Shown here piece after piece: positions 29,316 through 40,400 of a stretch of DNA of 64,000 bases. Numbering within the stretch: position 1 is the first letter of the stretch; every line of letters starts with the position of its first letter. Under the pieces are notes generated by a model. It had not been told where the DNA came from. It saw nothing but the letters and a program-made list of their open reading frames with translations, and searched no databases. The position numbers were made by a program, and so were the translations under genes. Origin of the DNA: an uncultured delta proteobacterium (GTDB lineage Bacteria > Desulfobacterota > Binatia > UBA9968); contig CAWDPO010000043.1 in NCBI GenBank assembly GCA_963804165.1, positions 96,001 through 160,000 on the forward strand, read 5' to 3'.

Positions 29316-29802
29316 GCGCCTCGCCAAGAAGTTTGAATCACCGGCAGTTCTCAAATCGTCGCTCACAACGACCTTCGGTAGCTTCTTTTTGTATAAAACC
29401 AATTGAGCAACCGACGTGTCATTCAGTTTCCTTTATCGCTGCATGACCTAAGCCGTGACACTAAACTGGCGAGGAGTGCCGGTTATAGAGAATGCTGTCG
29501 TTTGTGCGCAGAGCTGCTTCACTTTCATGAAGCAAATTCTCCGTTTCCCCCCTCTGGGGCCTAGCCACTCCTTCGCTAAATTGGCAGGTTCGACTGCATC
29601 GGAAGGTCTTCTCCTCTACCGCGGTGGTTTATCTCCGGATTTTTTAAACTTGCGAATCCATCCCACCCCTTATTGCCAAGAATAAAAATTCTAAGAACAT
29701 AAACGTCATAAAATCGCGCAATTCCAAACATCACAAACTTTGCACCGAAATTGCTTTCTATACATAACCAGGGGCGAAAACTTACCGAGGAGGAGGTCGA
29801 AA

Positions 29803-30030
29803 ATGAAAAAATTAATGTTGGTGTTAATGATCACGATGGGTCTCAGCCAATGGGGCTGCGAGTTCATCGGGGGAGCGGCGGTAGGAGCCGGCGCGACAGG
29901 CGCAGGGTACGAATATAACGCCTATCGCCAGATGCAAAAGCTGGAGGAGGATTTCAAAGCTGAGAGAATATCGCGTCGAGAATACGAAGAGCGCAAGAAA
30001 CAGATAGAAGCAGGATCAATCATCTATTAA
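29803..30030 (+). CDS. Small lipoprotein (glycine-rich, SHOCT-like tail)
   Basis: RBS AGGAGG; MKKL...WGC; GGAAVGAGATGAG; ISRREYEERKK. Confidence 0.75.
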   Translation: MKKLMLVLMITMGLSQWGCEFIGGAAVGAGATGAGYEYNAYRQMQKLEEDFKAERISRREYEERKKQIEAGSIIY

Positions 30031-30133
30031 CCGTGGCAGGGGTTCGTTGCTCGCGTATTCGTTATTTGTGGATTCGTTATTCGAACCCACAAGTAACCAA
30101 GAATGAGTAACTCTAAATCAAAAGGAGGTATTT

Positions 30134-30445
30134 ATGTTACGGGCATTTAAAAGGTTAACATTGGCGGTGGCATTTCTACTCTCGATAGCCGGCTGCCAAG
30201 CAATGACCGGTGAAACCGCCGGGCAGAACATCGATGATGGCACCCTTACGACCTATGTGAAGACCCAACTCGCAGGAGAGCGGCTTAACACCCTGTCACG
30301 GGTGGGAGTCGAGACCAACAATGGGGTGGTTTATCTAACCGGCGAAGTCGAGACCGCCGCGGAGAAGTCGCGCGCTGGAACGGTTGCCGGGCAGGTAAAG
30401 GGCGTCAAACGGGTCGTCAATAACCTGCAAGTGATCAAGCGTTAG
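30134..30445 (+). CDS. BON-domain (OsmY-like) lipoprotein
   Basis: IAGC lipobox; DDGTLTTYVK...VETNNGVVYLTGEV...VKGVKRVVNNL. Confidence 0.9.
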   Translation: MLRAFKRLTLAVAFLLSIAGCQAMTGETAGQNIDDGTLTTYVKTQLAGERLNTLSRVGVETNNGVVYLTGEVETAAEKSRAGTVAGQVKGVKRVVNNLQVIKR

Positions 30446-30479
30446 AGACAAACTGAGCTTAATCAAAGAGGGTAAACGC

Positions 30480-30767
30480 ATGAGAACCAAGGGCGAGTCC
30501 AATTTCCCCTGCTTGCTTATCGGTCTGGGCCTGGGGGCCATCGGTGGGCTGATGGCTGCGCTGCTCACGCGCAAAGAAACGCGGGAATTGCTGCGCGCGC
30601 GCAGTTCCGAGGCGCTCGACTACCTAAGTCAGCGGGGGAAGAGACTGCGCGAGACCAGCGAAGGAATCGTCGAAAAAGGAAAGCAACTTATGGGTTGTCG
30701 CTGCTGCTCGGTTGACGCGGCTACGCAAGTCCACCACGAAGAGCGGCGAGAAACATTGGGTGAATAG
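30480..30767 (+). CDS. YtxH-domain protein
   Basis: LIGLGLGAIGGLMAALL..KETRE.L. Confidence 0.7.
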   Translation: MRTKGESNFPCLLIGLGLGAIGGLMAALLTRKETRELLRARSSEALDYLSQRGKRLRETSEGIVEKGKQLMGCRCCSVDAATQVHHEERRETLGE

Positions 30768-30809
30768 GAGATTCGAGATGGTGGGCTTATAGCCGGAGAG
30801 GAGTTGAAC

Positions 30810-30959
30810 ATGCTTTGGACTGTAATTGTGATTCTCTTGATCATGTGGGCACTAGGACTGGTCACTTCGTACACGATGGGTGGCTTCGTCCATATCCTAT
30901 TGGTCATTGCCCTGATAGTTCTCGTGGTCAATCTGATTCAGGGGCGAAGAGTCTGGTAG
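30810..30959 (+). CDS. lmo0937/DUF5670-family small membrane protein
   Basis: MLWTVIVILLIMWALGLVTSYTMGGFVHILLVIALIVLVVNLIQGRRVW*; RBS GAGGAG; below the ORF-track cutoff. Confidence 0.85.
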   Translation: MLWTVIVILLIMWALGLVTSYTMGGFVHILLVIALIVLVVNLIQGRRVW

Positions 30960-30992
30960 CCATTTGAGCGTTAGGAAAAGAGAGGAACTTGT

Positions 30993-31220
30993 ATGCGCAT
31001 CAATCCGATAACGCTGGTGGGGATCGCTCTCATCCTTCTCGGGGTCGTGGCTTTTGCTTACCAGGGCATCACCTACACAAGCCGTGAGAAGGTTATCGAC
31101 ATCGGCCCCTTCCAAGCCACCGCCGAGACCCAAAAGACCATCCCGCTTTCACCGGTCTTGGGCGGCTTGGCGCTTGTAGGCGGGATCGTGTTGGTGATGG
31201 TCGGAGCCAAAAAGTCATAG
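30993..31220 (+). CDS. DUF3185-like small membrane protein
   Basis: GIALILLG...GITYTSREKVIDIGP...KTIPLSPVLGG. Confidence 0.75.
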   Translation: MRINPITLVGIALILLGVVAFAYQGITYTSREKVIDIGPFQATAETQKTIPLSPVLGGLALVGGIVLVMVGAKKS

Positions 31221-31294
31221 GTCGATCTGGGGTTCAAGGTCGTGCTTGCAATGAGACTTGGATGATTCTGCGATGAGTTGCACAGGAGGTGATC

Positions 31295-31378
31295 ATGATG
31301 ACGAACTTGCTTTGGACTGTAGCGATCGCAATCGTCGTCATTTGGCTGGCAGTCCAGCTCATAAGGGGACGAATCTAA
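31295..31378 (+). CDS. 27-aa membrane microprotein
   Basis: RBS AGGAGGT; MMTNLLWTVAIAIVVIWLAVQLIRGRI*. Confidence 0.55.
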   Translation: MMTNLLWTVAIAIVVIWLAVQLIRGRI

Positions 31379-31499
31379 AGAGAAAGATCTAAGGGTACTT
31401 CAGCCGCCGCGGTTGGTCGCGTGAATGAGCAACGACCGAACGAATCCTTAGACAGTAGACAAGGATGTAATCGTTGTGGGCGTCGAAAAATACACGTCC

Positions 31500-32309
31500 A
31501 TGAAACAGCAGGCTCTTCGAGCTGACCCGTTCAAGGAACGATTGCGTGAGTCATTGCAGCGGGAGACCCTAAATTCTCGCGCCGTCAAGATTGCGAGACA
31601 CGCCAATGTGTACACCTGTGGCGATCAAGACGAGATGGTCTACTTCATTGAGAGCGGGCAGATCAAACTGCTCATGCTCTCGTCTGAAGGTAAAGAGTGC
31701 TTGCTTGCCATCCACAGCAAGGGAGATATTTTCGGTGAGTTATGTCTGTCCGGGTCAGGGTCACGTCGGGAAACCGCCACTGCGATGGAAGAAACGATTT
31801 TAAAAAAAATACCCGGCAGCCAGTTCCTGGCGCGTTTGAGCCGCGACTCGTTGCTTGAGGGGTTTGTTAGATACCTGGCCATGCGCGTCGCCGAGCAACA
31901 GCAAGTGATCGCGAATCTGGTCACGGTGGACAGCGAGCAGCGACTGGGCAAGACGCTGTTGCAGTTGGCGCACACGCTGGGCAAGAGAGGCCAACAGAGC
32001 ACTCGCATTGAACTGAAGATATCGCATGATGAATTATCCGAGATGGTCGGAACAACTCGGCCGCGGGTCAGTTTGTTTATGCAGCGGTTTCGTAACCTCG
32101 GGTTGATTGAGACCAACCTGGATCGCTTTCTCGTCATCAATGAAAAGAAACTCGCCGATTACTGGCTCGGATCCATAGCTCCCGGGCAGCCTCCCGGGTC
32201 TCTTAGCGATTCTTTTCAACCCCGTTCAGTTATTAGACAGAAGGCTCGCTTCCAAGTCAGCCGGCAAGTTAAATCGAATCAATCGGGAGGTAACTTACTA
32301 TGGGACTGA
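31500..32309 (+). CDS. Crp/Fnr-family transcriptional regulator (true end possibly 32206 via a frameshift)
   Basis: cNMP-binding domain (YFIESGQIKL, GDIFGE, RRETATA) plus HTH (SHDELSEMVGTTRPRVS). Confidence 0.92.
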   Translation: MKQQALRADPFKERLRESLQRETLNSRAVKIARHANVYTCGDQDEMVYFIESGQIKLLMLSSEGKECLLAIHSKGDIFGELCLSGSGSRRETATAMEETILKKIPGSQFLARLSRDSLLEGFVRYLAMRVAEQQQVIANLVTVDSEQRLGKTLLQLAHTLGKRGQQSTRIELKISHDELSEMVGTTRPRVSLFMQRFRNLGLIETNLDRFLVINEKKLADYWLGSIAPGQPPGSLSDSFQPRSVIRQKARFQVSRQVKSNQSGGNLLWD

Positions 32310-32449
32310 TATTGTTGATTGTGTTAATTGTGCTCCTGTTTGGTGGTCTGCCCAACTGGGGTTATCACTCGTATGGTTACGGTCCATCGGGCATCGTCGG
32401 GACGATACTAATTATCGTCCTGATTCTGTTCCTGTTGGGCCGAATCTAA
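32300..32449 (+). CDS. DUF3309-family small membrane protein
   Basis: MGLILLIVLIVLLFGGLPNWGYHSYGYGPSGIVGTILIIVLILFLLGRI*; RBS GGGAGG. Confidence 0.88.
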   Translation: MGLILLIVLIVLLFGGLPNWGYHSYGYGPSGIVGTILIIVLILFLLGRI

Positions 32450-32698
32450 CGGCGCTGAGCGCCCAGCGCAGTGAACGGTAATCACGAAAACAGCTTCCTT
32501 GTTGTTAGGCAGCAAACATGAGCGGCGATACGAAGATCAAGAGCATGGGAGCCATTCCTCACACGGGCGGAGTTGGGGGACCATCTCCTTGGGCAAGGAG
32601 TAGACTATCGTTAGTTTTGCGGCAATTAACCAAGTCTCCTCTTGGACAAAGACATTAACTCGTCGGAAAATAACTCGGTTAAAAAGGGAACCCACCGT

Positions 32699-33601
32699 AT
32701 GAGACAGCTAAAAAGGATTATTGTGGGTCATGATCTGGAAGTCGGCGGAGACGTAGCCCTGCGATCGGCAGTAGTGCTTGCTAATCGGTGTGGCAGCGCG
32801 CTTCGGCTGGTGCATGTGGTAGAACCGCTCCACTCCTATCAGAGGCTCTCGCATCCCCTCACTTCTCCCTACACTCTAGAAGAGATCTCACAGAAAACCG
32901 GAGTAAGACTGCAGGCGTTAGTGGCAACCCCGGAGCTCGCCCGCCTGCACGTCGAATACGAGGTGCGCAGGGGCAAACGATTTGTTGAACTCATCATTGC
33001 CGCAAGGGCGTGGCAAGCGGACCTGATAGTCGTCGGGGGTTCGTCTCAGACAGACGAACCCATTCTCGGCGGTACAAGTGAGCGGATACTGCGCAAGGCC
33101 CTAGTCCCCGTAATGGTGGCAAAGAAGCCGCTGAGTGCCGAAGCGAAAATCTTTTTGGTCCCAACGGATTTTTCCTCTTCCGCGAGAGAAGCCGCCGAGG
33201 AGACGATCATGCTTGCAAAGTGCTTCGGCGGCCGCGTCATTTTCCTTCACGTTTTGGACTTGTATCCTTCATATACGATTGCATATGCCCATGAGTTGGG
33301 TGTCTCCGTGCCGATTTCACCGCCTGCGCCCGAAGAGATTGAACCTGATTGGGAAGCTTTCCTCTCCGGTTTGCCGTTGGAGAAAGTCGATTGGGAAAAA
33401 AATACTGAAGAAGGTCAAGCAGCCAGTACCATTGTGCATCGAGCGGAGCACATGCAAGCGGATATGATCGTGATCGGCACGCACGGTAGAAGCGGCTTGC
33501 CCCATATGCTCCTAGGCAGCGTGGCCGAAAAGGTGGTGCGTACGGCATCCTGCCCTGTCCTCACCATCAGACCGGAGGCGTTTCAATTTGAACTGCCGTG
33601 A
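32699..33601 (+). CDS. Universal stress protein, tandem domains
   Basis: RIIVGHD...GGTSERIL; LVPTDFS...GTHGRSGL..MLLGSVAEKVVR. Confidence 0.92.
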   Translation: MRQLKRIIVGHDLEVGGDVALRSAVVLANRCGSALRLVHVVEPLHSYQRLSHPLTSPYTLEEISQKTGVRLQALVATPELARLHVEYEVRRGKRFVELIIAARAWQADLIVVGGSSQTDEPILGGTSERILRKALVPVMVAKKPLSAEAKIFLVPTDFSSSAREAAEETIMLAKCFGGRVIFLHVLDLYPSYTIAYAHELGVSVPISPPAPEEIEPDWEAFLSGLPLEKVDWEKNTEEGQAASTIVHRAEHMQADMIVIGTHGRSGLPHMLLGSVAEKVVRTASCPVLTIRPEAFQFELP

Positions 33602-33719
33602 CGAAGTAGAACCCTACTATGTGCGAGAACCGCGTGTTTATTCGTCGGGAATGGCTACCTCTGAGGCCGGGGTTGATAATTTCATTCGTTAGCTGGATTC
33701 ATCGATGAAGGAGTAACTT

Positions 33720-34106
33720 ATGAAAAGCGCAGCGGGCTTGTGGATCGATCACGGCAAGGCTGTGATCGTAATTGTCTCAGACGACGGAGAAGAATCGAAA
33801 CAAATAGAATCAGGCATGGAGAAGCATGTGCGATTTTCCGGCGGTTCTAGATCGGAACAAGGCGGGGGGGAAGACCAACGGGATCGCCAATATACCGGCC
33901 ATCTCAACAGATATTATGATGAGGTGATCGCGCACCTTCGCGACGCAGAGTCCATCCTGCTCTTTGGTCCCGGTGAGGCAAAGGGAGAGCTGGAAAAACG
34001 TCTCGCGAATAAAGGCATTGGTGGACGCATTGTCGGTATCGAAACAGTTGACAAGATGACCGATCGCCAGATTGCGGCAAAAGTTCGACAGCACTTTCGA
34101 AAATAA
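33720..34106 (+). CDS. Host-attachment/eRF1-domain-like hypothetical protein
   Basis: GLWIDH.KAVI...YYDEVI..L...ILLFGPGEAK.EL...DKMTDRQIAAKVR. Confidence 0.65.
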   Translation: MKSAAGLWIDHGKAVIVIVSDDGEESKQIESGMEKHVRFSGGSRSEQGGGEDQRDRQYTGHLNRYYDEVIAHLRDAESILLFGPGEAKGELEKRLANKGIGGRIVGIETVDKMTDRQIAAKVRQHFRK

Positions 34107-34489
34107 GCTTGCCAGTTCAAGAATAGGCATGAACCAAACTCCCTTCGGCCTTCTGGTCGAATACGATGGATTCCCTCTTCACGCCACACTTTCCACTGGT
34201 CACTGCAGCGCGCTGACCTTTTTACAATGATCGAATGAGGATCTTCTCGGGCGCTGGAAAAGAGCTCTATAACTCAGCTGAGTCGAAGCCAGTTGTCTCG
34301 TCACTCGCAACGCTAGCTCGTCCGATAAAGGCGTACTGCAAGGGCCCAGGGTCTCTAGCTGGAACTGCCATGCTTGAGTCAGGCATTCACTTGTAATGCT
34401 GTCGCTGAACTTGATAGCTATGCCCCTACGAATCGCTTATATCGAATGGTAAAGATCGAGCGAAGAAAAAAGAAGACGAATAGGACGAT

Positions 34490-35456
34490 ATGCCCGAACA
34501 CTTGAAAAAATCAAAAGTTCCACCGCCGCCAGATCCCTATCATCGTCGCGAACCACTGCCTGAGCAGCGACCAAAGTCGATTGAAGAGGATCCGGATGCA
34601 CAGGAGCGAATCAAAACCATCCTGGAAAGCCCGAGTTATCAGCAGGCTGATGAGGATTTAGATTTTCTCAACCGCTATGATGTGCGCGGCGTACGCCTCC
34701 AGGTCGATTACCTCAAGGCAGAACTCTTGCTTCAACAGCACTCCATCCGACACACGATCGTTGTCTTCGGAGGAACGCGAATTCGAGAGCCCGTGGCCGT
34801 TCAGCGACAAGTCGAAGCGCTACGCGCAGCCCAAGCGGCCGACCCTGCGAATACGGATGTGGCACATCGGCTTGAAATTGCGCAGCGCCTCCTTGCTAAG
34901 AGTCATTATTATGATGTGGCTCGCGAGTTCGGGCGCCTCGTCGGAAACAGCGGGCCGGGCTCCCATAGGCACGATCTGGTGATCATGACCGGCGGCGGTC
35001 CGGGGATCATGGAGGCCGCCAACCGCGGGGCCTATGATGTCGGAGCCAAATCCATCGGTCTGAACATCCGTCTTCCCCGTGAACAAGTATCCGAATCCTT
35101 ACATCACGCCCGAGCTATGCTTCCGCTTTCATTATTTCGCCTTGCGAAAGCTTCATTTCCTACTGCGCGCCAAAGCGTTGGTCGCCTTTCCAGGCGGCTA
35201 TGGCACTCTCGATGAAATGTTTGAAACCCTCACGTTAGTGCAGACCCGCACAATCAAGCCTGTTCCTGTGGTCTTGGTGGGTGAGCGCTACTGGCGTCAG
35301 GCATTCAACGTAGACTTTCTGGTCGATGAAGGTGTCATTGATCCGGAGGATCGGGAATTGTTCTGGTTCGCCGAAACGGCACAGGAGATCTGGGACGGCA
35401 TCCAGCATTGGCACAGGGTCAACGGCGGGTCCTTAGAAACGGCGTCTTCGGAATGA
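34490..35456 (+). CDS. LOG-family (TIGR00730) nucleotide phosphoribohydrolase, frameshift near 35087
   Basis: [23 protein letters not shown] and [10 protein letters not shown] motifs spread over two frames. Confidence 0.88.
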
Positions 35457-35735
35457 GATTCGTCTGATTTAAAGCGACGCGATCTGCCCTTGAGATGACA
35501 ATTTCATGACCAACACTTAACAGAGGTTCCTCTCGGCGTTTGCAATCACCGGTTATCATGACGGTGATTTTGCGGTTCATTCCGCTTGGCGCAATTTTTG
35601 GGTTTAGACCGCCGCCGTGTTCGTTCCTTCTACTCATTGCGGTGTTGTAGTGGGGAATATTATCGCAGCGGAAATGGCGAAGACCTTCTCTACAGGAAGG
35701 GGAAGTTTGAAGAAACTAAAGAGGACAAATTCTTT

Positions 35736-37236
35736 ATGACAAATACGCAAGACAAACAACACCGCGCTATCCTAAAAAGGATCGCCCGTCGGGCGATGCT
35801 TGAAAGGGGGCTTCTTCCCGAATTCTCGCTCCAAGCACGGGGCGAGCTCGACGGAATTCGCGGACCTGCAACGCGAGCTGAAGAATCGACGCATGATCTC
35901 CGAAACCTTATCTGGTGCTCCATAGATAACGATGATTCGCGCGATCTGGACCAGCTTACCGTTGCCGAAGCCATGCCGGGGGGACCGCAAAGATCCTTGT
36001 CGCCATTGCCGATGTGGATGCTGTCGTCAAGAAGCAGTCGGCACTTGACGATCATGCCAGGCAAAACACGACCTCGGTATACACGGCTGCCGAGATATTT
36101 CCGATGCTGCCGGAGAAACTCTCGACCGATCTTACCTCGCTCAACTATGAATCAGACCGCCTCGCCATCGTCATTGAAATGGTCATCGGTGAGGACGGAA
36201 TGCTGCAGGCTTCGGATATCTACACAGCGATGGTCCGAAATCGTGCAAAGCTCGCCTATAACGGTGTGGCTAGCTGGCTGGAAGGTAGTGGCCAGTGCCG
36301 CACGTTGTCGGTAAGGTCGACGGTCTCGACGAAAACCTCCGGCTTCAGGACCGCGTGGCGCAAAAACTGAAGGCTCTCCGGCACGCGCATGCAGCGCTGA
36401 ATCTCGAAACCATCGAAGCGCGCCCTGTGTTTGACGGCGATGAGATCAAGGACTTAGAAGCCGAGAGAAAGAACAGAGCTAAAGAGATTATTGAGGACTT
36501 CATGATATCGGCAAACGGTGTTACCGCACGATACCTCGCCTCCAAGATGTTTCCGTCGCTGCGGCGCGTAGTGCACACACCCAAACGCTGGGACCGGATC
36601 ATCGAGCTCGCCTCGGACCAAGGCTTCACGTTACCCCAGAAGCCCGACTCAAAGGCCCTGGAGCAATTTCTCATATCGGCGAAAGCCGCTGATCCTCTCC
36701 GCTTTCCCGATCTTTCCCTCAGTGTCATCAAGCTGATGGGCGCCGGTGAATACGTCGTCGAACTACCCGGAAGCAGTGCCGCCGGACACTTCGGTCTCGC
36801 GGTCAGAGATTATGCTCATTCCACAGCGCCGAATCGGCGATATCCCGATCTGATCACCCAGCGGTTGCTGAAAGCAGCGATCGCGGGAAGTTCACTGCCC
36901 TATGAGAACGATGAATTGCAGGTGCTAGCAAAGCATTGCACCGAAGAGGAAGACGCAGCGAAAAAAGTCGAACGACAGGTGAGAAAATCTGCGGCAGCAA
37001 TGCTGCTGGAATCACGGATCGGCGAGAGGTTCGATGGCATCGTTACGGGCGCTTCTGACAAAGGCACTTGGGTTCGTCTTCTGCATCCGCCCATCGAAGG
37101 AAAACTTGTGAACGGTTATGAAGGTATGGGCGTCGTGGAGCACGATGTTCAACTTCGACTCCATCAAGACGGCGATGAACTGACGGGAGGTTCGTCAAGA
37201 CAGACAATAACGCTGCTCAGAGCAAACGCTGTGTAG
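35736..37236 (+). CDS. RNB-domain ribonuclease (RNase II/R family), two frameshifts; C-terminus atypical
   Basis: SIDNDDSRDLDQ, AIADVD, IIEDFMISAN and HFGL...YAHSTAPNRRYPDL motifs. Confidence 0.88.
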
Positions 37237-37441
37237 GGATTTTTGGCCGAATGGTTTTTCGCTCACGGGTTTGTTAGGTGAGACTGAGCCGTGCGTGTGC
37301 TTTTCCATGTTACGGAACCGCGCTTGCCTGTTAGTAATGTTTGTGCAGCATTACCTGATCGTGAATGTTCCTCACGACTGCTGAACTTGATAACCTGCGT
37401 ATGCGCCGGACCCGCGCCATGACGACCGTGAGGTATGTGGA

Positions 37442-40400
37442 TTGAAATCGTTATTTTCTCAGAACCTATTACGTAAAAACCATTCAGAGGCCATCGCACT
37501 TTCGCAGCTCGAAGAGCCGATTCGGGCTGAACTTTTCAGCGCGAGCGTCTCGAGCAGCACGGCGAAAGCCTTGCTGCGGCTCAGCGCGTCACAACGACAC
37601 CGCGCAAAGGGCGGCCGTTATTGCCGCGCGTGCATCGACAACGGCCGAGTGCTGCTAGAATCATATCGTGCCATCGCCCAGGCGATTCGGCAGGAGTACG
37701 CCATCACACCTGCAGCGGAATGGCTAGTCGACAATTATCACATCGTCGACGAACAGCTGCGCGAGATCCAGGACGACTTGCCACCCGGCTATTATCGGGA
37801 ACTGCCTAAGCTGGCCGAGGGTCCACTCGAGCGGTATCCGCGCGTCTACGGACTGGCCTGGGCATTTGTCGCCCATACCGACAGCCGGTTTGACCCGGAA
37901 ATGCTGCGTCGGTTCGTGCGCTCATACCAACGTGTGCAGCCGCTGACGATCGGCGAGCTCTGGGCGGTAGCCATCACCGTGCGTGTGGTGCTCGTCGAGA
38001 ATCTCCGGCGCCTGGCCCAGCACATCGTGCATGAACGTGCCGCGCGCCAAGAGGCCGACGCCGTAGCCGACCGCCTGCTCGGTCTCAGCGGCCGTCCCAT
38101 CAAGTCTGCGGCGACGGATGCTGCGGCAATTCGAGGGCGGCCCGCTGGCGCCGGCTTTTGCCGTACAGCTTGTTCAGCGGCTGCGCGATCAGGACCCGGT
38201 GATCACGCCGGCGCTCCAGTTGGCTCGAGCAACAGCTAGAGGGTCAGGGCACAACGTCTGATGAGATTGTCCGGGTCGAGCATCAGCGGCAGGCGGCGAT
38301 GAACGTGACCGTGCGCAACGTGATTACCAGCATGCGCCTGATTTCCGCCTTCGATTGGTCGGAATTCTTTGAGAGCGTGAGTCTTGTCGACGCCATACTT
38401 TGGACCGACACGGACTTTGCCGCTCCGGATTTCCGACACGAGATCGTTACCGCCGCGCCATCGAAGAACTCTCTCGCTGCTCACCGCACGATGAGCGGGA
38501 AGTTGCCCGGCGGGCGGTTTCTCACGCGAAAAGCTTTCGCGACAAAGTGCAAGAAGGAACTGACCCAAGCGCGGACCGCCGCGGCGATCCCGGCTATTAT
38601 CTCATCTCGAAAGGGCGTGCGCATCTTCGAGCCCGAACTCAGCTTTCGCGTTCCCCTCAGGAGCCTGGCTTAGTCGCCTCTTTGTGGCTCACGCGGCGTC
38701 ACGCTACCTTGGAACCATCGCGCTTGTCACTGGCCTCTTCCTCACTTTGTTCCTGTTCACTTCCGGCGCAGCGGAAGTTGGGTGGAGTAGGTCTGGTGCT
38801 ACTCGGGCTTCTCGCTCTCATCCCGGCCTCGGAACTGGTGATCGCAATGGTGAATCGCGAAGTCATGGAAATCCTCGGGCCACGGGCGATGCCCCGGCTT
38901 GCGCTCCGTGACGGAGTGCCGGCGGATTTGCGGACGTTGGTAGTCGTGCCGACTCTCCTGACCGGTCCCGCCCAGATTGCGGAGCAGATCGAGCAGCTCG
39001 AAGTGCACTACCTGGCGAATCCCGATGGCGATCTTCGTTTCGCGCTCCTTTCCGACTGGATAGACGCCCCCCAGGAAACCATGCCGGGAGACGACGAACT
39101 GCTGGCTGCGACGGTTGCGGGGATCGCGCAGCTGAACCGAAGCCATGGACTCGCCCCGGATGGGGGCGAGCGATTTTTTCTCTTCCACCGCCGGCGCGGC
39201 TGGAACGAGAGCGAGCAAAAGTGGATCGGCTGGGAACGCAAACGCGGAAAGCTCCATGAACTGAATCGTGTGTTGCGTGGCGCCACAGACACGACCTTCG
39301 TACCAACGGGCGGTGGAGCACCTATCGCGCCTTCTGGTGTCCGCTACGTCATCACACTGGATGCCGACACGCGGTTGCCACGGGGGGCCGCTTGCCGATT
39401 GGTGGGCACGATGGCGCATCCCCTTCACCGGCCTCGGTTTGACCCTCGCATCGGCCGAGTCGTTGAGGGCTACGCATTGCTTCAACCGCGCGTCACACCG
39501 ACCCTCCCGACCGATCGTGAGGGTTCTCTTTTCCAGAGGATCTCCTCGGGGCCGGCTGGCATCGACCCGTACGCCTCTGCCGTCTCCGACGTCTATCAGG
39601 ATCTTTTCGGCGAAGGTTCTTACATCGGCAAAGGCATTTATGATGTCGATGCATTCGAAGCCGCGCTCGCCGAAAGGGTGCCGGAGAATGCCTTATTAAG
39701 TCATGATCTTTTTGAAGGGATCTTTGCGCGGGCGGGACTGGTCACCGATATCGAGTTCTTCGAGGAGTTTCCCGCGCACTACGAGGTTGCCGTGGTGCGC
39801 CAGCATCGCTGGGCGCGCGGTGATTGGCAGTTGCTGCCGTGGATCATAGGGCACGCACCGGACATGGGGCGCGGTCCGGCCCGATGCCACGATTCCGCTG
39901 ATCGGCCGCTGGAAAATGCTCGATAACCTCAGGCGCACGCTGTCTGCCCCGGCTGCCTTTTTGGCCTTGATGGCCGGTTGGACGCTGCCGCTCCCTTCGC
40001 CTGTGATCTGGACGATGTTCGTCCTCGCAACCATCGCCGTTCCGCCGCTTATGCCCGTCCTCTTGACTGGGCTGATCCCGTATCGCCGCGGGATTTCAAA
40101 ACGCAGCCATGCGCGGGCGGTCGCCACGGATCTGGTGCTTGCCGCCTCGCATGTCGCACTCACGGTCACATTACTTGCCGACCAGGCATGGTTGATGACC
40201 GACGCGATCGTCCGGACTCTGTCACGCGTCTATGTGACACGCAGAAAGCTCCTTGAGTGGGTGACGGCAGCGCAGGCGAAGGCCGGTTTTGATCTCAGGC
40301 TTAGCAGCTTCTATCGCCGCATGGGCGGCACGGTAGTCATCGCTGCCGCGGTAGCGATCCTTGTTGCGTCCCAGCCGCCGGAAGTCCGGTGGATTGCGGT

